DNA from: Planctomycetota bacterium
GTDB lineage: Bacteria > Planctomycetota > UBA11346
DNA length: 31,214 bases
Direction of reading: 5' to 3'
Assembly: GCA_038213805.1 (NCBI GenBank)
Contig: JBBQSO010000064.1
Coordinates: forward strand, 1-31,214
Shown here: piece by piece, positions 10,601 through 19,081 of the stretch
How positions within the stretch are numbered: position 1 is the first letter of the stretch
How the letters are laid out: each line of letters starts with the position of its first letter
Program-made: the position numbers and the translations under genes
Notes under the pieces: generated by a model
What the model was told of the DNA's origin: nothing
Database searches by the model: none
Seen by the model: only the letters and a program-made list of their open reading frames with translations

Positions 10601-11358
10601 CGCGCCTGGCCGCCACCGCGTCGCCACCGCCATACCTCGCGGCGGTGGGCGCGCTCAGCATGGGCACGCTGCGCGGCCTGCTCGCCACGGCGCCTGCGCT
10701 CGCGCTCGGTAGTGAGCGCCTCGCCCGTCAATCCGCGGGCGCGGTGCTGGGCGTCGCCGACCTGCTCGCCGGGCCGGCCGGTCCGCTGCGCAGTGCGGCC
10801 GAACGCCTGCGCGGCAATCTCGAACGCGCGGCGGGCTGTCTGGTCGCGCAACTGGACGGCGTCAGCGCCGGCGTGCGTCTGGCGTGGGGTGAGCGGGCCG
10901 ATGACGATCAGCTCGCTTGCGACCGGCCAGAGAGCTGGCCGCTGCTCGCCACGCTTGAGGCCAAGGCCTTCAATACTGCGCGCACCCTGGTTGAGATCGT
11001 GCAATGGTGGTTCCGCCAGGTCGACGGCGCCAGCAGCGATGCGACGCGCACCGCCTTCCGCACCGTGGTGCGCGCGGCGGTGCTGCAGGCGGCGCACGGC
11101 GACAGCGCCCAGCTGCTGCAGGGACCGGTGCAGCAGCCGGCGACGCTGCGGCCGGGCGCGATCCTGCGCCTGGACCTCAACCGCACCGCCACGCTCGGCA
11201 CGCAGCTGCAGCTCTTCGATCCGGCCAACCGCCTGGTCGGACTGCTGCGCGTCGACGATCACGACGACCGCGGCGCGGTCGCCAGCGTGGTCGCCAGCTA
11301 CCTGCCGGCGATGAACGTCACCACCGCATTCCGCGTCAGTGGCCGGAACGGAGGCTGA
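7630..11358 (+). CDS. Large eCIS-associated coiled-coil protein with the same N-terminal module (paralogue 3), 1242 aa
   Basis: ATG at 7630 follows GAGGAG at 7618-7623, just after the previous stop. [32 protein letters not shown]; heptad-like helical stretches at about 9205-9340 and 9919-10117. Confidence 0.75.
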   Translation: MPRTIHLHDLLRTPAHAGQERLELFPGRHLGEVEFDRMQEYQQARLDRLLAGVPQGVVYGLEVQPTAVAGGALAPTFLVKPGLAVGADGQAMLLPSPLRPRWADLTIGIADGLYLLVLTRQELGDAPIAPGDPQRRTESDPSVDLRIEAVLGTALRRLPDPGLALDQHDLIANRFCLDHAELDLLPAGMAAASLALVAVRGGLALWCDRAAGRRLTVTTSGHYALYDQSVLTIRSVVAANPQAAGETQAAWSARLVTALRSRLAGLPAAIQLPPALLTATLAAVLTAYEGDPAQVRPTAAYAFLGDPGVAVELVPLRASQVQAVLRSELGRGPLHFGARGERVRLCLAVNDRDFRGDLLDLPQADGEVLEALYRQYLTANRAWVAWRAAQDALTGDATVDQHDDFALTITADDGTQPQIFAAAINVTAVEKAGLLAARTDGAPPAPPQLFLRLIDAALIARGLAAGPVITDAQRAQLQPQLPEPYRGPLPAPYVDLGGWLQVRGLPAPAAAAAPVAPGTGVRRITVERLIAALEQAVAKDQTDLDGVRDYVLSQRQHLDAHTLNLAALAGGVATDGSGLRLLRTLPFVRLDMHAAIAPRVFRPDSAPGLRATRLDVGALGAGTIGRPLPAQINVEARADQIVLQPRELADGSLSNVLGQKVVDGNLNIPVVAQAVTESQFQAKAGDFGVISHVEPGIYAVGEALGSLGTLRDAAQKVDGLKGLAFPAFKDPAGDVPNPTPDQVQPLRYQQLVEAGKYLIGIITQTEARRLFLERCLRAKADELAARRSELARLQADEAQLVAARKRADDDLSEALDDYAMAQRMADEDWTTVASSDDRRRALILNPVALLMVRARQEPIASDLADPLPLRLAVRGDAAPGCGIVDGPIAQRFDLERVMRALPATGSFDAATARRLLGRELVAVRGLAGAAAARASAPVDGHAAPAELAPFLDALFELPATDLVALRPLLPQLPERSSLAVLIAARTPRLQARLAATASPPPYLAAVGALSMGTLRGLLATAPALALGSERLARQSAGAVLGVADLLAGPAGPLRSAAERLRGNLERAAGCLVAQLDGVSAGVRLAWGERADDDQLACDRPESWPLLATLEAKAFNTARTLVEIVQWWFRQVDGASSDATRTAFRTVVRAAVLQAAHGDSAQLLQGPVQQPATLRPGAILRLDLNRTATLGTQLQLFDPANRLVGLLRVDDHDDRGAVASVVASYLPAMNVTTAFRVSGRNGG

Positions 11359-12825
11359 GTGCACGACCGCATCACCATCGGCACGGTGCGTCTGCGCGGC
11401 CCCGGTGCGCGCGCCGCGGCACTGCCCGCGCAGGCACGCCGCGAGCTGGTCGCCGCGCCGTGGCCGCTCGCGCCGCGCGCCCAGGTCTTTGTCCGCCGCC
11501 TGCGCGTGCGCGGTCGGCCCGGCCAGCTCGGTCGCCTCGCGGCCGCGCGCCTGGCTCTGACCCTGGCCGGTGCCGACGGGCCCGAGGTGGTGCGCTTCGC
11601 CGACGACGCGGCGTTGGTCGCGGCGCTCAGCCTCGACCTGCTCGCGGGCAGCGCGGCGCGGCGCTGGTGGTGGTGGTCGCACCAGGATCTGGTCGCCCTG
11701 CCGCTGGGCGCCGCACTCGCGGCGTTGTGGAGCCGCCACGCACCGGACCTGGTCGCAGTGTGCGTCGCGCTCGCCCGCCAGGGGCGCCTGGAGGCGGTTT
11801 TCGCCGCGCTCGGCGCGTCCGGCTGCTGCACGGTGGCCGCCGCGCTCGCGCAGCGCCTGGCCACGCCCATGCCGCAGTCCGCGACCAGTCTGCACGCGAC
11901 AGTCGTAGCGCCCGAGCGCCTGCCGGCGGCCATCGATCGGCGCTGGCGGCCGCTGCTCGGCGCAACTGGGGCTCCGGTCCACGCCACCTGGCTGGCTGGC
12001 GTGCTCGCCCTGCTCGAGGCGCGGCCACTGCGCCTGGTCGGGATTGATGGGGCTGCCGCGGTCGCGGCGCTGGTCGCCGATGCCGCGCCGTCGGTCAGGG
12101 TATCGCGCGCCTGGGTGCCTGCGGCGGCACCGGCTGGCGGTGGCGCCGAGGTGGTGCTTCCAGGTGTCGCCGCACCGGCCGCGCTCGTACCGGGTCGTGG
12201 CGTCGCCGCACCCGCGGAGAGCGCGCTGCCATCTGAATCTGCCGGGTCTGTTCAGGTCATTCCGACTGCGGCGCATCCTGGCGAGGAATTGGGCGCGTCC
12301 GTGCCCGAGGTTCTCGCGACCAACGAGGCCGCCGCCGTCTGCGATGCAGAGGTCATCATCAGCGGCTACGCGGGCGCGGTGGTGCTGATCAACCTGCTGC
12401 GCGTGCCCGCCCTCGCGCAGGTGGCTGAAGATCACGGCCTGCTCGCGCGCCGCGGCAGCGCCTGGCGTCTGCTCGCCGCGCTCGCCGCGGCGCTCGGACT
12501 GCCCGCGGACGACGGACTCGCACTATGGCTGGAGCGCACCTCCGCGGCGCTCGAAGAGCCACCGCTGGTGGACGACGCCGCGCGCGCCTTCATCGCCGCG
12601 ACGGCGGCGCTGCTCGGCCCCGCGCTGTGGGACCCGGCGCTGATCGCGGTCGCCGGCACCCTGGTAGCCACACCGACGCACCTCGATGCGCACCTGCCGC
12701 TCGCCGCGGTGCGCGTGGCGCTGCGCCTCGCCGGGCTCGATGTCGATCCCGGCTGGGTGCCGTGGCTCGGCCGGGTGGTGGCGATCCACTACCACGCCGC
12801 CGCCGCCGACCAGGGCACGCCATGA
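11359..12825 (+). CDS. Putative contractile injection system tape-measure-like (Afp14-like) protein
   Basis: GTG abuts the previous TGA, with GGAGG at 11350-11354. C-terminal YAGAVVLINLL and AGLDVDPGWVPWLGRVVAIHY. Lies directly before the ATPase, as afp14 does before afp15. Confidence 0.55.
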   Translation: MHDRITIGTVRLRGPGARAAALPAQARRELVAAPWPLAPRAQVFVRRLRVRGRPGQLGRLAAARLALTLAGADGPEVVRFADDAALVAALSLDLLAGSAARRWWWWSHQDLVALPLGAALAALWSRHAPDLVAVCVALARQGRLEAVFAALGASGCCTVAAALAQRLATPMPQSATSLHATVVAPERLPAAIDRRWRPLLGATGAPVHATWLAGVLALLEARPLRLVGIDGAAAVAALVADAAPSVRVSRAWVPAAAPAGGGAEVVLPGVAAPAALVPGRGVAAPAESALPSESAGSVQVIPTAAHPGEELGASVPEVLATNEAAAVCDAEVIISGYAGAVVLINLLRVPALAQVAEDHGLLARRGSAWRLLAALAAALGLPADDGLALWLERTSAALEEPPLVDDAARAFIAATAALLGPALWDPALIAVAGTLVATPTHLDAHLPLAAVRVALRLAGLDVDPGWVPWLGRVVAIHYHAAAADQGTP

Positions 12826-14780
12826 CCGCCAGCGCCACACCTTCCGCCCCCATCCATGCCGCGCTCGGCGCCTGGGTGCGCGCCGGCCTGGCGCACTTCG
12901 CCGCCACCCACGTCACCGAGCCGGGCCCGGCCTGCCAGCAGCTCAGCCCGGCGACGGTCGCCGGCGACGCCAACGCTTGGCAGGCGCACGGCGAGGCCAT
13001 CGCCGCGTTGCTCCTCGACGCCCCCGGGCCGCTCGCGGCCGCGACACGCACCCTGCATCTGGATGCGGCGGAGCTGTTCCTGCTCGCGCTCGCCGGCGCG
13101 GTCGAGGACCACCACCTCGTCGGCCTCGCCCTGGGCGAGCTCCAGGCAGGTGGCGGCGGCACGCGGCCGCAGGTGCATACCGCGCTCGCCCTGGTCGGCA
13201 CGCTGTTCGCCGCCGACCTCGACGCCACCGCGCTGCTCGGATGCGCGCCGGTCGCGAACCACCTGCTTGAGCTGCGCGGTGACGGTCCGCTGCCGCTGCG
13301 CGAACTGGCGGTCGACCCGCGCCTGTGGCTGGCGCTGCGCGGTGGGGCGGCGGGCTGGCCCGACTGCACGGTGATCGCTGCAGCCGACGCTGAGCTGGTC
13401 GATGCCGCCACGCTCAAGGCACTGCCGCATCTGGCCGGACTGCTGCGCGGCGGCGGCGCCGGTTGCGCGGTGCTGCGCGGCACCCCGCGCAGCGGCCGCG
13501 GCGGCGCGGCGGCGCGGCTCGCCGGCCTTCTCGACCGCAGCGCGCTGCGCATCCCGCCTGAGCGTTGGCGCGGCGCGCCGGCGCTGGGCGCGGCCTGCCG
13601 CTGGTGCGGCTGGCTGCCGGTGCTCGAACTCAGCCTGAGCGCGGGCGAGAGCGCCGGGGCCGTCGACAATCCCGGCTACCGCGGGCCGCTGGCGCTGCTC
13701 GTCGGCCGCGATGGCCAGGTCGACCGCCGCGACGCCGTCGAGCTGAGTGTCGGCATGCCCGCGCCCGCCGAGCGCGCGCGCTGGTGGCGGCAGCACCTTG
13801 GCGACGCGGTGCTCGCCGATGAAGCGGCGCTCGCGGGCCTCGCCGGCCCGGCCATCGCCGCGGTCGCCGGCCAGGCGCAGGTGCTGGCGGCGCGCGCCGG
13901 CGAGCCGCTCGGCCGCGACCACCTGCGCAGCGCGCGCCGCCTGGTCGGTGCCGACGCGCTGCGCCTGCTCGCCCAGCCGGTCGATCGCCGCGTCGGCCCC
14001 GACGCGCTGGTGTGCACGCCGGCCGTACGCGGCGAGCTCGAACGCTTCGTGCTTCGCTGCCGCGCGCGCGAAACGTTGTGGGACGGCCTCGGTGCCTCGG
14101 CGGCCTGCACCGCGACGCGCGGCCTGCGCGCGCTGTTCGTCGGCGACAGCGGCACCGGCAAGACCCTGGCGGCGTCGTGGCTGGCCACCGAACTCGGCGC
14201 GCCGCTCTACCGCGTCGACCTCTCGGCGGTGATGAACAAGTATGTGGGCGAGTCCGAGAAGAACCTGGCGCGCCTGCTCGATCACGCCGCCGCCCACGAC
14301 GTGGTGATCCTGTTCGACGAGGCCGACGCGCTGTTCGGCGCGCGTGGCGATGGCGGCGAGGCCGGCGAGCGCTACGCGAACATGCTCACCAACTTCCTGC
14401 TCCAGCGCATCGAGGAGCACCCCGGCATCGCCATCCTCACCAGCAACAGCCGGCTGCGCATCGACAAGGCCTTCACCCGCCGCCTCGACGCGGTCATCGA
14501 ATTCCCGCTCCCCGGACCGGGCGAACGCCTGGAACTGTGGCGCAGCCACCTCGGCGGCCGCGCCGGCGACGACGGCATGTGCATGTTCCTGGCCAGCTGG
14601 TGCGACCTGCCCGGCGGTGTCATCCGCAACGTGGTGGTCGCCGCCGCCGCGCTCAGCGACGGGCCGATCGGCCTGCTGCCGTTGCTCGAGGCGCTCGCAC
14701 GCGAGTACCGCAAGCTCGGCCGCACCATGCCCACCGGCCTGGCGCACACCCTGACCAACGCGCCCGCGGCGGCGTCGTGA
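12822..14780 (+). CDS. AAA+ ATPase, Afp15/Pvc15-like
   Basis: ATGA overlap with the previous gene. Walker A GDSGTGKT (14142-14165), VDLSAVMNKYVGESEKNL, Walker B ILFDEADALFG, SRH TSN..IDKAFTRRLD. Confidence 0.92.
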   Translation: MTASATPSAPIHAALGAWVRAGLAHFAATHVTEPGPACQQLSPATVAGDANAWQAHGEAIAALLLDAPGPLAAATRTLHLDAAELFLLALAGAVEDHHLVGLALGELQAGGGGTRPQVHTALALVGTLFAADLDATALLGCAPVANHLLELRGDGPLPLRELAVDPRLWLALRGGAAGWPDCTVIAAADAELVDAATLKALPHLAGLLRGGGAGCAVLRGTPRSGRGGAAARLAGLLDRSALRIPPERWRGAPALGAACRWCGWLPVLELSLSAGESAGAVDNPGYRGPLALLVGRDGQVDRRDAVELSVGMPAPAERARWWRQHLGDAVLADEAALAGLAGPAIAAVAGQAQVLAARAGEPLGRDHLRSARRLVGADALRLLAQPVDRRVGPDALVCTPAVRGELERFVLRCRARETLWDGLGASAACTATRGLRALFVGDSGTGKTLAASWLATELGAPLYRVDLSAVMNKYVGESEKNLARLLDHAAAHDVVILFDEADALFGARGDGGEAGERYANMLTNFLLQRIEEHPGIAILTSNSRLRIDKAFTRRLDAVIEFPLPGPGERLELWRSHLGGRAGDDGMCMFLASWCDLPGGVIRNVVVAAAALSDGPIGLLPLLEALAREYRKLGRTMPTGLAHTLTNAPAAAS

Positions 14781-14797
14781 GATGAGAGGAGCCTGAC

Positions 14798-17700
14798 ATG
14801 CCCACTCCTGCCACCGCCCGCCGTCGTGCCCCGGCGCAGACCCCGGCCGCCTCCGCGCCGGCCAGCGCCCAGCAGCAGCCCGCGGCTGCCGGCGGCACGC
14901 CCGCCTACCTGCAGCGCAAGCTGCGCATGGGTCAGGCCGGCGACGCCTACGAAATGGAGGCCGACCGCGTCGCCGACCAAGTCGTGTGTGGCCAGCGCGG
15001 TGCGGCCAACGGCCAGGCGGCGCCGGGCGTGCAGCGCGCGGGCGACGAGAAGAAGCAGGACGCGGGCGCCGCCAAGCCGGGTCAGAAGGGCGACGGCAAG
15101 GCGGCTCCAGGCAAGGAGCAGGCCAAGGACCAGAAGGGCCAGACCGACACGAAGACCGCTGCGCCGGGCGCCGCCGGCAAGGATCAGAAATCTGCCGCGC
15201 CCGCACCCAAGCCGGCGCAGCCCGGCGAGAAGAAGGACCAGGTGGCGCGCAAGGAGGTCAGCGCCGAGGACAAGGTCGACAAGGCCAAGGAACAGCACGT
15301 CAAGAAGCAGGAAGCCCAGCAGCAGCACGAGGCGAAGGAGAAGGGGGCCCACGCGGAAACCACCGACAAGGACGTCGGCGCCCATGCCGCCAAGCCCGAG
15401 GAGAAGCCCGCCGCCGGCCCCGAGCAGGTGCAGAAGAAGTCCGCGCAACCGCAGATCTCGCGCATGCCTGATGCTACGCTGCAGCGCGAAGCCAGCGGCG
15501 CGGGTGGCGGGGTCGGCGCCGACACCGAACAGCGCATCGCCGCCAGCCGCGGCGGCGGCCAGCCCCTGCCCGAGCAAGCCCGTACCGGCATGGAGTCCGG
15601 CTTCGGCGAGGACTTCTCCGGCGTGCGCGTGCACCACGATGCCGAGGCAGACGCTCTCGCCCGCGACCTCGATGCGCGCGCCTTCACCGTCGGCAACGAC
15701 GTCTACTTCGCGCAGGGCGCCTACGATCCCGACAGCTCCAGCGGCCAGCACCTGCTCGCGCACGAGCTGACCCACGTGGTGCAGCAGGGCGGTACCGGCG
15801 GCGGCGTGCAGCGCCTGGCCGTGCAGGCGGCGAAACCCAAGAGCGGGGGGGGCGGCGGGAAGAATGCCGACGCCAAGGACGCCAAGGACGCCGAGGACGG
15901 CCCCAAGCTCGACGGGGACACCTATATCGGTCCCGAAGGCACCATCGACAAGGACCTGAAGGAGGTCCACATCAAAAGCGTGAACCTGGCCGCGGTCAAG
16001 GCGCCCCCGCTGACCCCCGGCGACACCGACCTCAAGCTGTCGGAGGACAAGCGCGGGCAGACCACACAACTCAGCACATGGGAGAGCGCGGTCGCGGCCT
16101 CCAAACTCGGCGACAAGCTTCAAAGCAAACTCGCAGAGCGGCCGGGCAGAAAGGGCACCAAGAAGGATGGCGCCGGGGACCCCGCCCAGGTGCACTACCT
16201 CAAGATCGGCAGCTCGGCCCAGCACCTGATCGGCACCAGGGACAGCCTGCTCAAGCAGCTGGCGCGGCCGTTCTGGTCGCGCAGCGGCGCAGCGGCGTTC
16301 TACCAAGTCGACCACCGCCACGAGCTGCAGCTCGGCGGACAGGACGAGCTTGCGAACCTTTGGCTCCTCCAGAACTGGGTCAACGGCCAGTCCGGGGTGC
16401 AAATCAACGGCGCTGTCCAGGCGGCCCTCATCACCCTGCGCGACGCGGCGAAGAATCTCAATTTGTGGAAGAAGGCGCCCACCTATGACGCGGTGCGCTA
16501 CGGCGCGAACCGCGTCATCGACAAGGCGGTCTTCACCGCGAAACCTGGCAAGGCCACCGCCGAGCAGTCTTACACCCTCGAGGACATCACCGGCGGCGCG
16601 CAGCTGGCGCCGCTCGTCCCCGTGACCGCGAAAGATGCCGGCATCACCGGCAAAGCGGACCAGCTCGAGCTGTTCAGTGGTCCGACCGGCGGACGCAGCG
16701 TGTCCGTCACGCTCAAGGATGGCAAAGGGACGGTTCCGGATGGCCTGCCCTGGCTGCGCGGGCTGCAGCCGCAGGGCCTGACCTGGGACGGCACGGCCGG
16801 CACCATGGGCGTCACGCTGTTCGCCAGCAAGAACCCCAAGAACAACCGCATCCTCAAGCCGATCACCGGGGTCTCGCTGACGCTGCAGTCGCTGGCGGGG
16901 GTCCCGGGTGCCGCCTATCTCGACGTCAGCGGTGTGCGCGGCCAGCTCAAGGGCCTCTCGATCAAGGGCTGGAGCCCGGTCGAATTCGGCGAGGTCGAAA
17001 TGGGCGACAACGGGCTGACCTGCCGCGGTACCATCACGGTCAGCGTGCCTCTGCTGAAAGGCGCGCCCATCGACATCATCATCAGCGGCGACGAGGTCGC
17101 GGTCGAGAAGACCTTCAGCGCTGAGGAGTTCCAGATCCCGGGCCCGGTCAAGGTCGATGGCGCCAGCCTGACCGTCAAGGTCGGCACCCATGGCCTGGCC
17201 GCGACCGGCCTGGTGAAATTCTCAATCGAGCGCGTGGGCACCGGCCACATCAAGGCCACCGGTTCGACTGAAGCCGGCGGCACCTGCGAGCTCGAAGGTA
17301 AATTCACCGTCGACCCGAAGATCGTCGACGAGGGCGAACTGACCGCGCGCTACAAGGACGGCAAATTCAGTGGCGAAGGCAAACTCGGCATCAAGGCCGG
17401 GCGCATCAAGGGCATCAAGGAGGCGCACGCCAAGGTCGCCATCGATGGCGACAAGTGGGACGCCAAGGGCGAGATCACGCCCGACGTGCCGGGCATCGAA
17501 CGTGGCGACCTGCACATCGCCTTCGATCCCGAGCAGGGCATGACCATCGGCGGCGACCTCTTCCTCAAGAAGCTGCCCGGCGTCAGCGAGGGCAAGCTTT
17601 CGGCCGAACTGCGCGACGCCGGTGACCGGCGCGTGTTGAAGGCGAGCGGCGACATCGTGCTCGCCATCCCCGGCCTGCCCGCGACGGTGCACGCCACCTA

Positions 17701-18679
17701 CGATGACGGCATCTTCACCGCCGAGCTCGCAGTCAGCTACAAGAAGGGCATGCTCGACGGCCAGGTCACCGTCGGCATCACCAATCAACCGCCCTCCGAT
17801 GACGGCGCGGCCGCGTCCACAGCGCCCGCCGCACCCGCGGCCAGTGCGGGTGGCGGCGGTGGCGAGCTCACCGTCTATGGCCGCGGCACCGTCACGATCC
17901 AGATCTGCCCTTGGCTCAAGGGCACGGTCGGCATCACCGTCACGCCCGACGGCCACGTCAAGGTCAGGGGCGAGGTCGCCCTGCCCTCCGACATCGACCT
18001 CCTCCCCGAAAAGAAGTACGAGAAGACCCTGCTCTCGATCGGCATCGACATCCCGATCGTCGGCGTGTCCTTCGCCGGCCAGCGCATCGGCATCTTCGCC
18101 ACCATCGGCGGCAGCTTGAAGTTCGACGCCGGCATCGGCCCGCTCAAATTGCGCGGCCTGCGCCTGGGCATCGAGTACGACCCCCAGAACGAGGACGCCA
18201 CCCACGTCACCGGCGGCGGCGAGATCGTGTGCCCGGCGCACGCCGGCCTGCGCATGGAGGTGCACGGCGGCCTCGGCGTCGGCATCCCCATCGTCAGCGC
18301 CACCGCCGGCGTCGAGATCGGCGGCGAGCTTGGCCTCAAGGGCGAGGCCAAGGCCGGGGTCGACGTCGACTGGACCCGGCAGAAGGGTCTCGACCTGACC
18401 GCGCACGGCGACATCACCGTCCAGCCGACCTTCAAATTCGATGTCAGCGCCTACGTCAAGGTCGAGGCCGACCTGTGGGTCACCACCGTCAACCTCTACG
18501 AGAACCACTGGAACCTGGCCTCGTTCGAATACGGCTCAGGCATGGAGTTCGGCGTCTCGTTCCCGGTCCACTACACCGAAGCCGAGGGCATGAACCTGGC
18601 CCTCGAGCAGATCGAGGTGAAGAAGCCGGACATCGACCCGATGTCGATGCTGAGCGGGCTGATGGACAAGATCACCTGA
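14798..18679 (+). CDS. DUF4157 (eCIS core domain) protein with internal HNH-like motif and Gly-rich beta-strand C-terminal region
   Basis: RBS GAGGAG. LQRKL.MG..GDAYEMEADRVADQV; DUF4157 at 15551-15787 (GQPLP..FG.DFSGVRVH..ARAFTVGNDVYF..LLAHELTHVVQQ); YQVDHRHELQLGG..NLWLL..N at 16301-16384. Confidence 0.9.
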   Translation: MPTPATARRRAPAQTPAASAPASAQQQPAAAGGTPAYLQRKLRMGQAGDAYEMEADRVADQVVCGQRGAANGQAAPGVQRAGDEKKQDAGAAKPGQKGDGKAAPGKEQAKDQKGQTDTKTAAPGAAGKDQKSAAPAPKPAQPGEKKDQVARKEVSAEDKVDKAKEQHVKKQEAQQQHEAKEKGAHAETTDKDVGAHAAKPEEKPAAGPEQVQKKSAQPQISRMPDATLQREASGAGGGVGADTEQRIAASRGGGQPLPEQARTGMESGFGEDFSGVRVHHDAEADALARDLDARAFTVGNDVYFAQGAYDPDSSSGQHLLAHELTHVVQQGGTGGGVQRLAVQAAKPKSGGGGGKNADAKDAKDAEDGPKLDGDTYIGPEGTIDKDLKEVHIKSVNLAAVKAPPLTPGDTDLKLSEDKRGQTTQLSTWESAVAASKLGDKLQSKLAERPGRKGTKKDGAGDPAQVHYLKIGSSAQHLIGTRDSLLKQLARPFWSRSGAAAFYQVDHRHELQLGGQDELANLWLLQNWVNGQSGVQINGAVQAALITLRDAAKNLNLWKKAPTYDAVRYGANRVIDKAVFTAKPGKATAEQSYTLEDITGGAQLAPLVPVTAKDAGITGKADQLELFSGPTGGRSVSVTLKDGKGTVPDGLPWLRGLQPQGLTWDGTAGTMGVTLFASKNPKNNRILKPITGVSLTLQSLAGVPGAAYLDVSGVRGQLKGLSIKGWSPVEFGEVEMGDNGLTCRGTITVSVPLLKGAPIDIIISGDEVAVEKTFSAEEFQIPGPVKVDGASLTVKVGTHGLAATGLVKFSIERVGTGHIKATGSTEAGGTCELEGKFTVDPKIVDEGELTARYKDGKFSGEGKLGIKAGRIKGIKEAHAKVAIDGDKWDAKGEITPDVPGIERGDLHIAFDPEQGMTIGGDLFLKKLPGVSEGKLSAELRDAGDRRVLKASGDIVLAIPGLPATVHATYDDGIFTAELAVSYKKGMLDGQVTVGITNQPPSDDGAAASTAPAAPAASAGGGGGELTVYGRGTVTIQICPWLKGTVGITVTPDGHVKVRGEVALPSDIDLLPEKKYEKTLLSIGIDIPIVGVSFAGQRIGIFATIGGSLKFDAGIGPLKLRGLRLGIEYDPQNEDATHVTGGGEIVCPAHAGLRMEVHGGLGVGIPIVSATAGVEIGGELGLKGEAKAGVDVDWTRQKGLDLTAHGDITVQPTFKFDVSAYVKVEADLWVTTVNLYENHWNLASFEYGSGMEFGVSFPVHYTEAEGMNLALEQIEVKKPDIDPMSMLSGLMDKIT

Positions 18680-18816
18680 CGGTGCGGGGCCGCATGATCG
18701 CACGCCGCCCCCGCAACGCCGTGGCGCATGCGGCGTAAACCCTGGGGATACGCGCCTTGCGGGGCGTAGCAGCGCGACCAAACTCGCCACCAGCACCCGT
18801 TGACGGAAGGCCGACC

Positions 18817-19053
18817 ATGGATCTGCAAGTCACCTCGCACGTGGTCGCCGCCGGCTTCGGCATGTTCAGCGGCATGCACTGGATCATCATCCTGGTCGTC
18901 GCCCTGTTGATCTTTGGGCGCCGCCTGCCGGACATCATGCGCGGCATCGGCAGCAGCGTGCGCGAGTTCCGTAAAGGTCAGGAGGACGGCGTCGCCACAG
19001 ACAAGGCGGCTGCCATCAGTCCGCCGGCGACTCCCGACGCGCTGAAGAAGTGA
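18817..19053 (+). CDS. tatA: Twin-arginine translocase TatA/TatE subunit
   Basis: GGAAGG RBS. TM helix WIIILVVALLIFG, then amphipathic RLPDIMRGIGSSVREFRKG. Confidence 0.9.
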   Translation: MDLQVTSHVVAAGFGMFSGMHWIIILVVALLIFGRRLPDIMRGIGSSVREFRKGQEDGVATDKAAAISPPATPDALKK

Positions 19054-19081
19054 GCGCACCCGCTCCGGCGATGCTCCGCCT

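Noticed and set aside
12525..12821. N-terminal extension of the ATPase ORF
   Set aside because: It overlaps the preceding gene; the ATGA coupling at 12822 gives the better start.
14798..14870. Tat signal in the DUF4157 protein (TARRRAP), given the adjacent tatA
   Set aside because: No RRxFLK-like consensus and no hydrophobic h-region.
9454..17191. Long minus-strand ORFs (993, 805, 939 aa; similar ones at 5499-7742, 23119-25746, 26375-28954, 29008-31113)
   Set aside because: Antisense shadows of real genes in high-GC DNA, with no recognisable motifs.
2..18679. Prophage or T6SS
   Set aside because: No head, packaging or integrase genes and no TssJLM/TssK/ClpV in the window; the ATPase type and DUF4157 point to eCIS.
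18709..18764. Inverted repeat CCCCGCAA/TTGCGGGG and inner imperfect palindrome CGTAAACCCTGGGGATACG
   Set aside because: Short, imperfect and without a U tract; expected by chance at this GC content.
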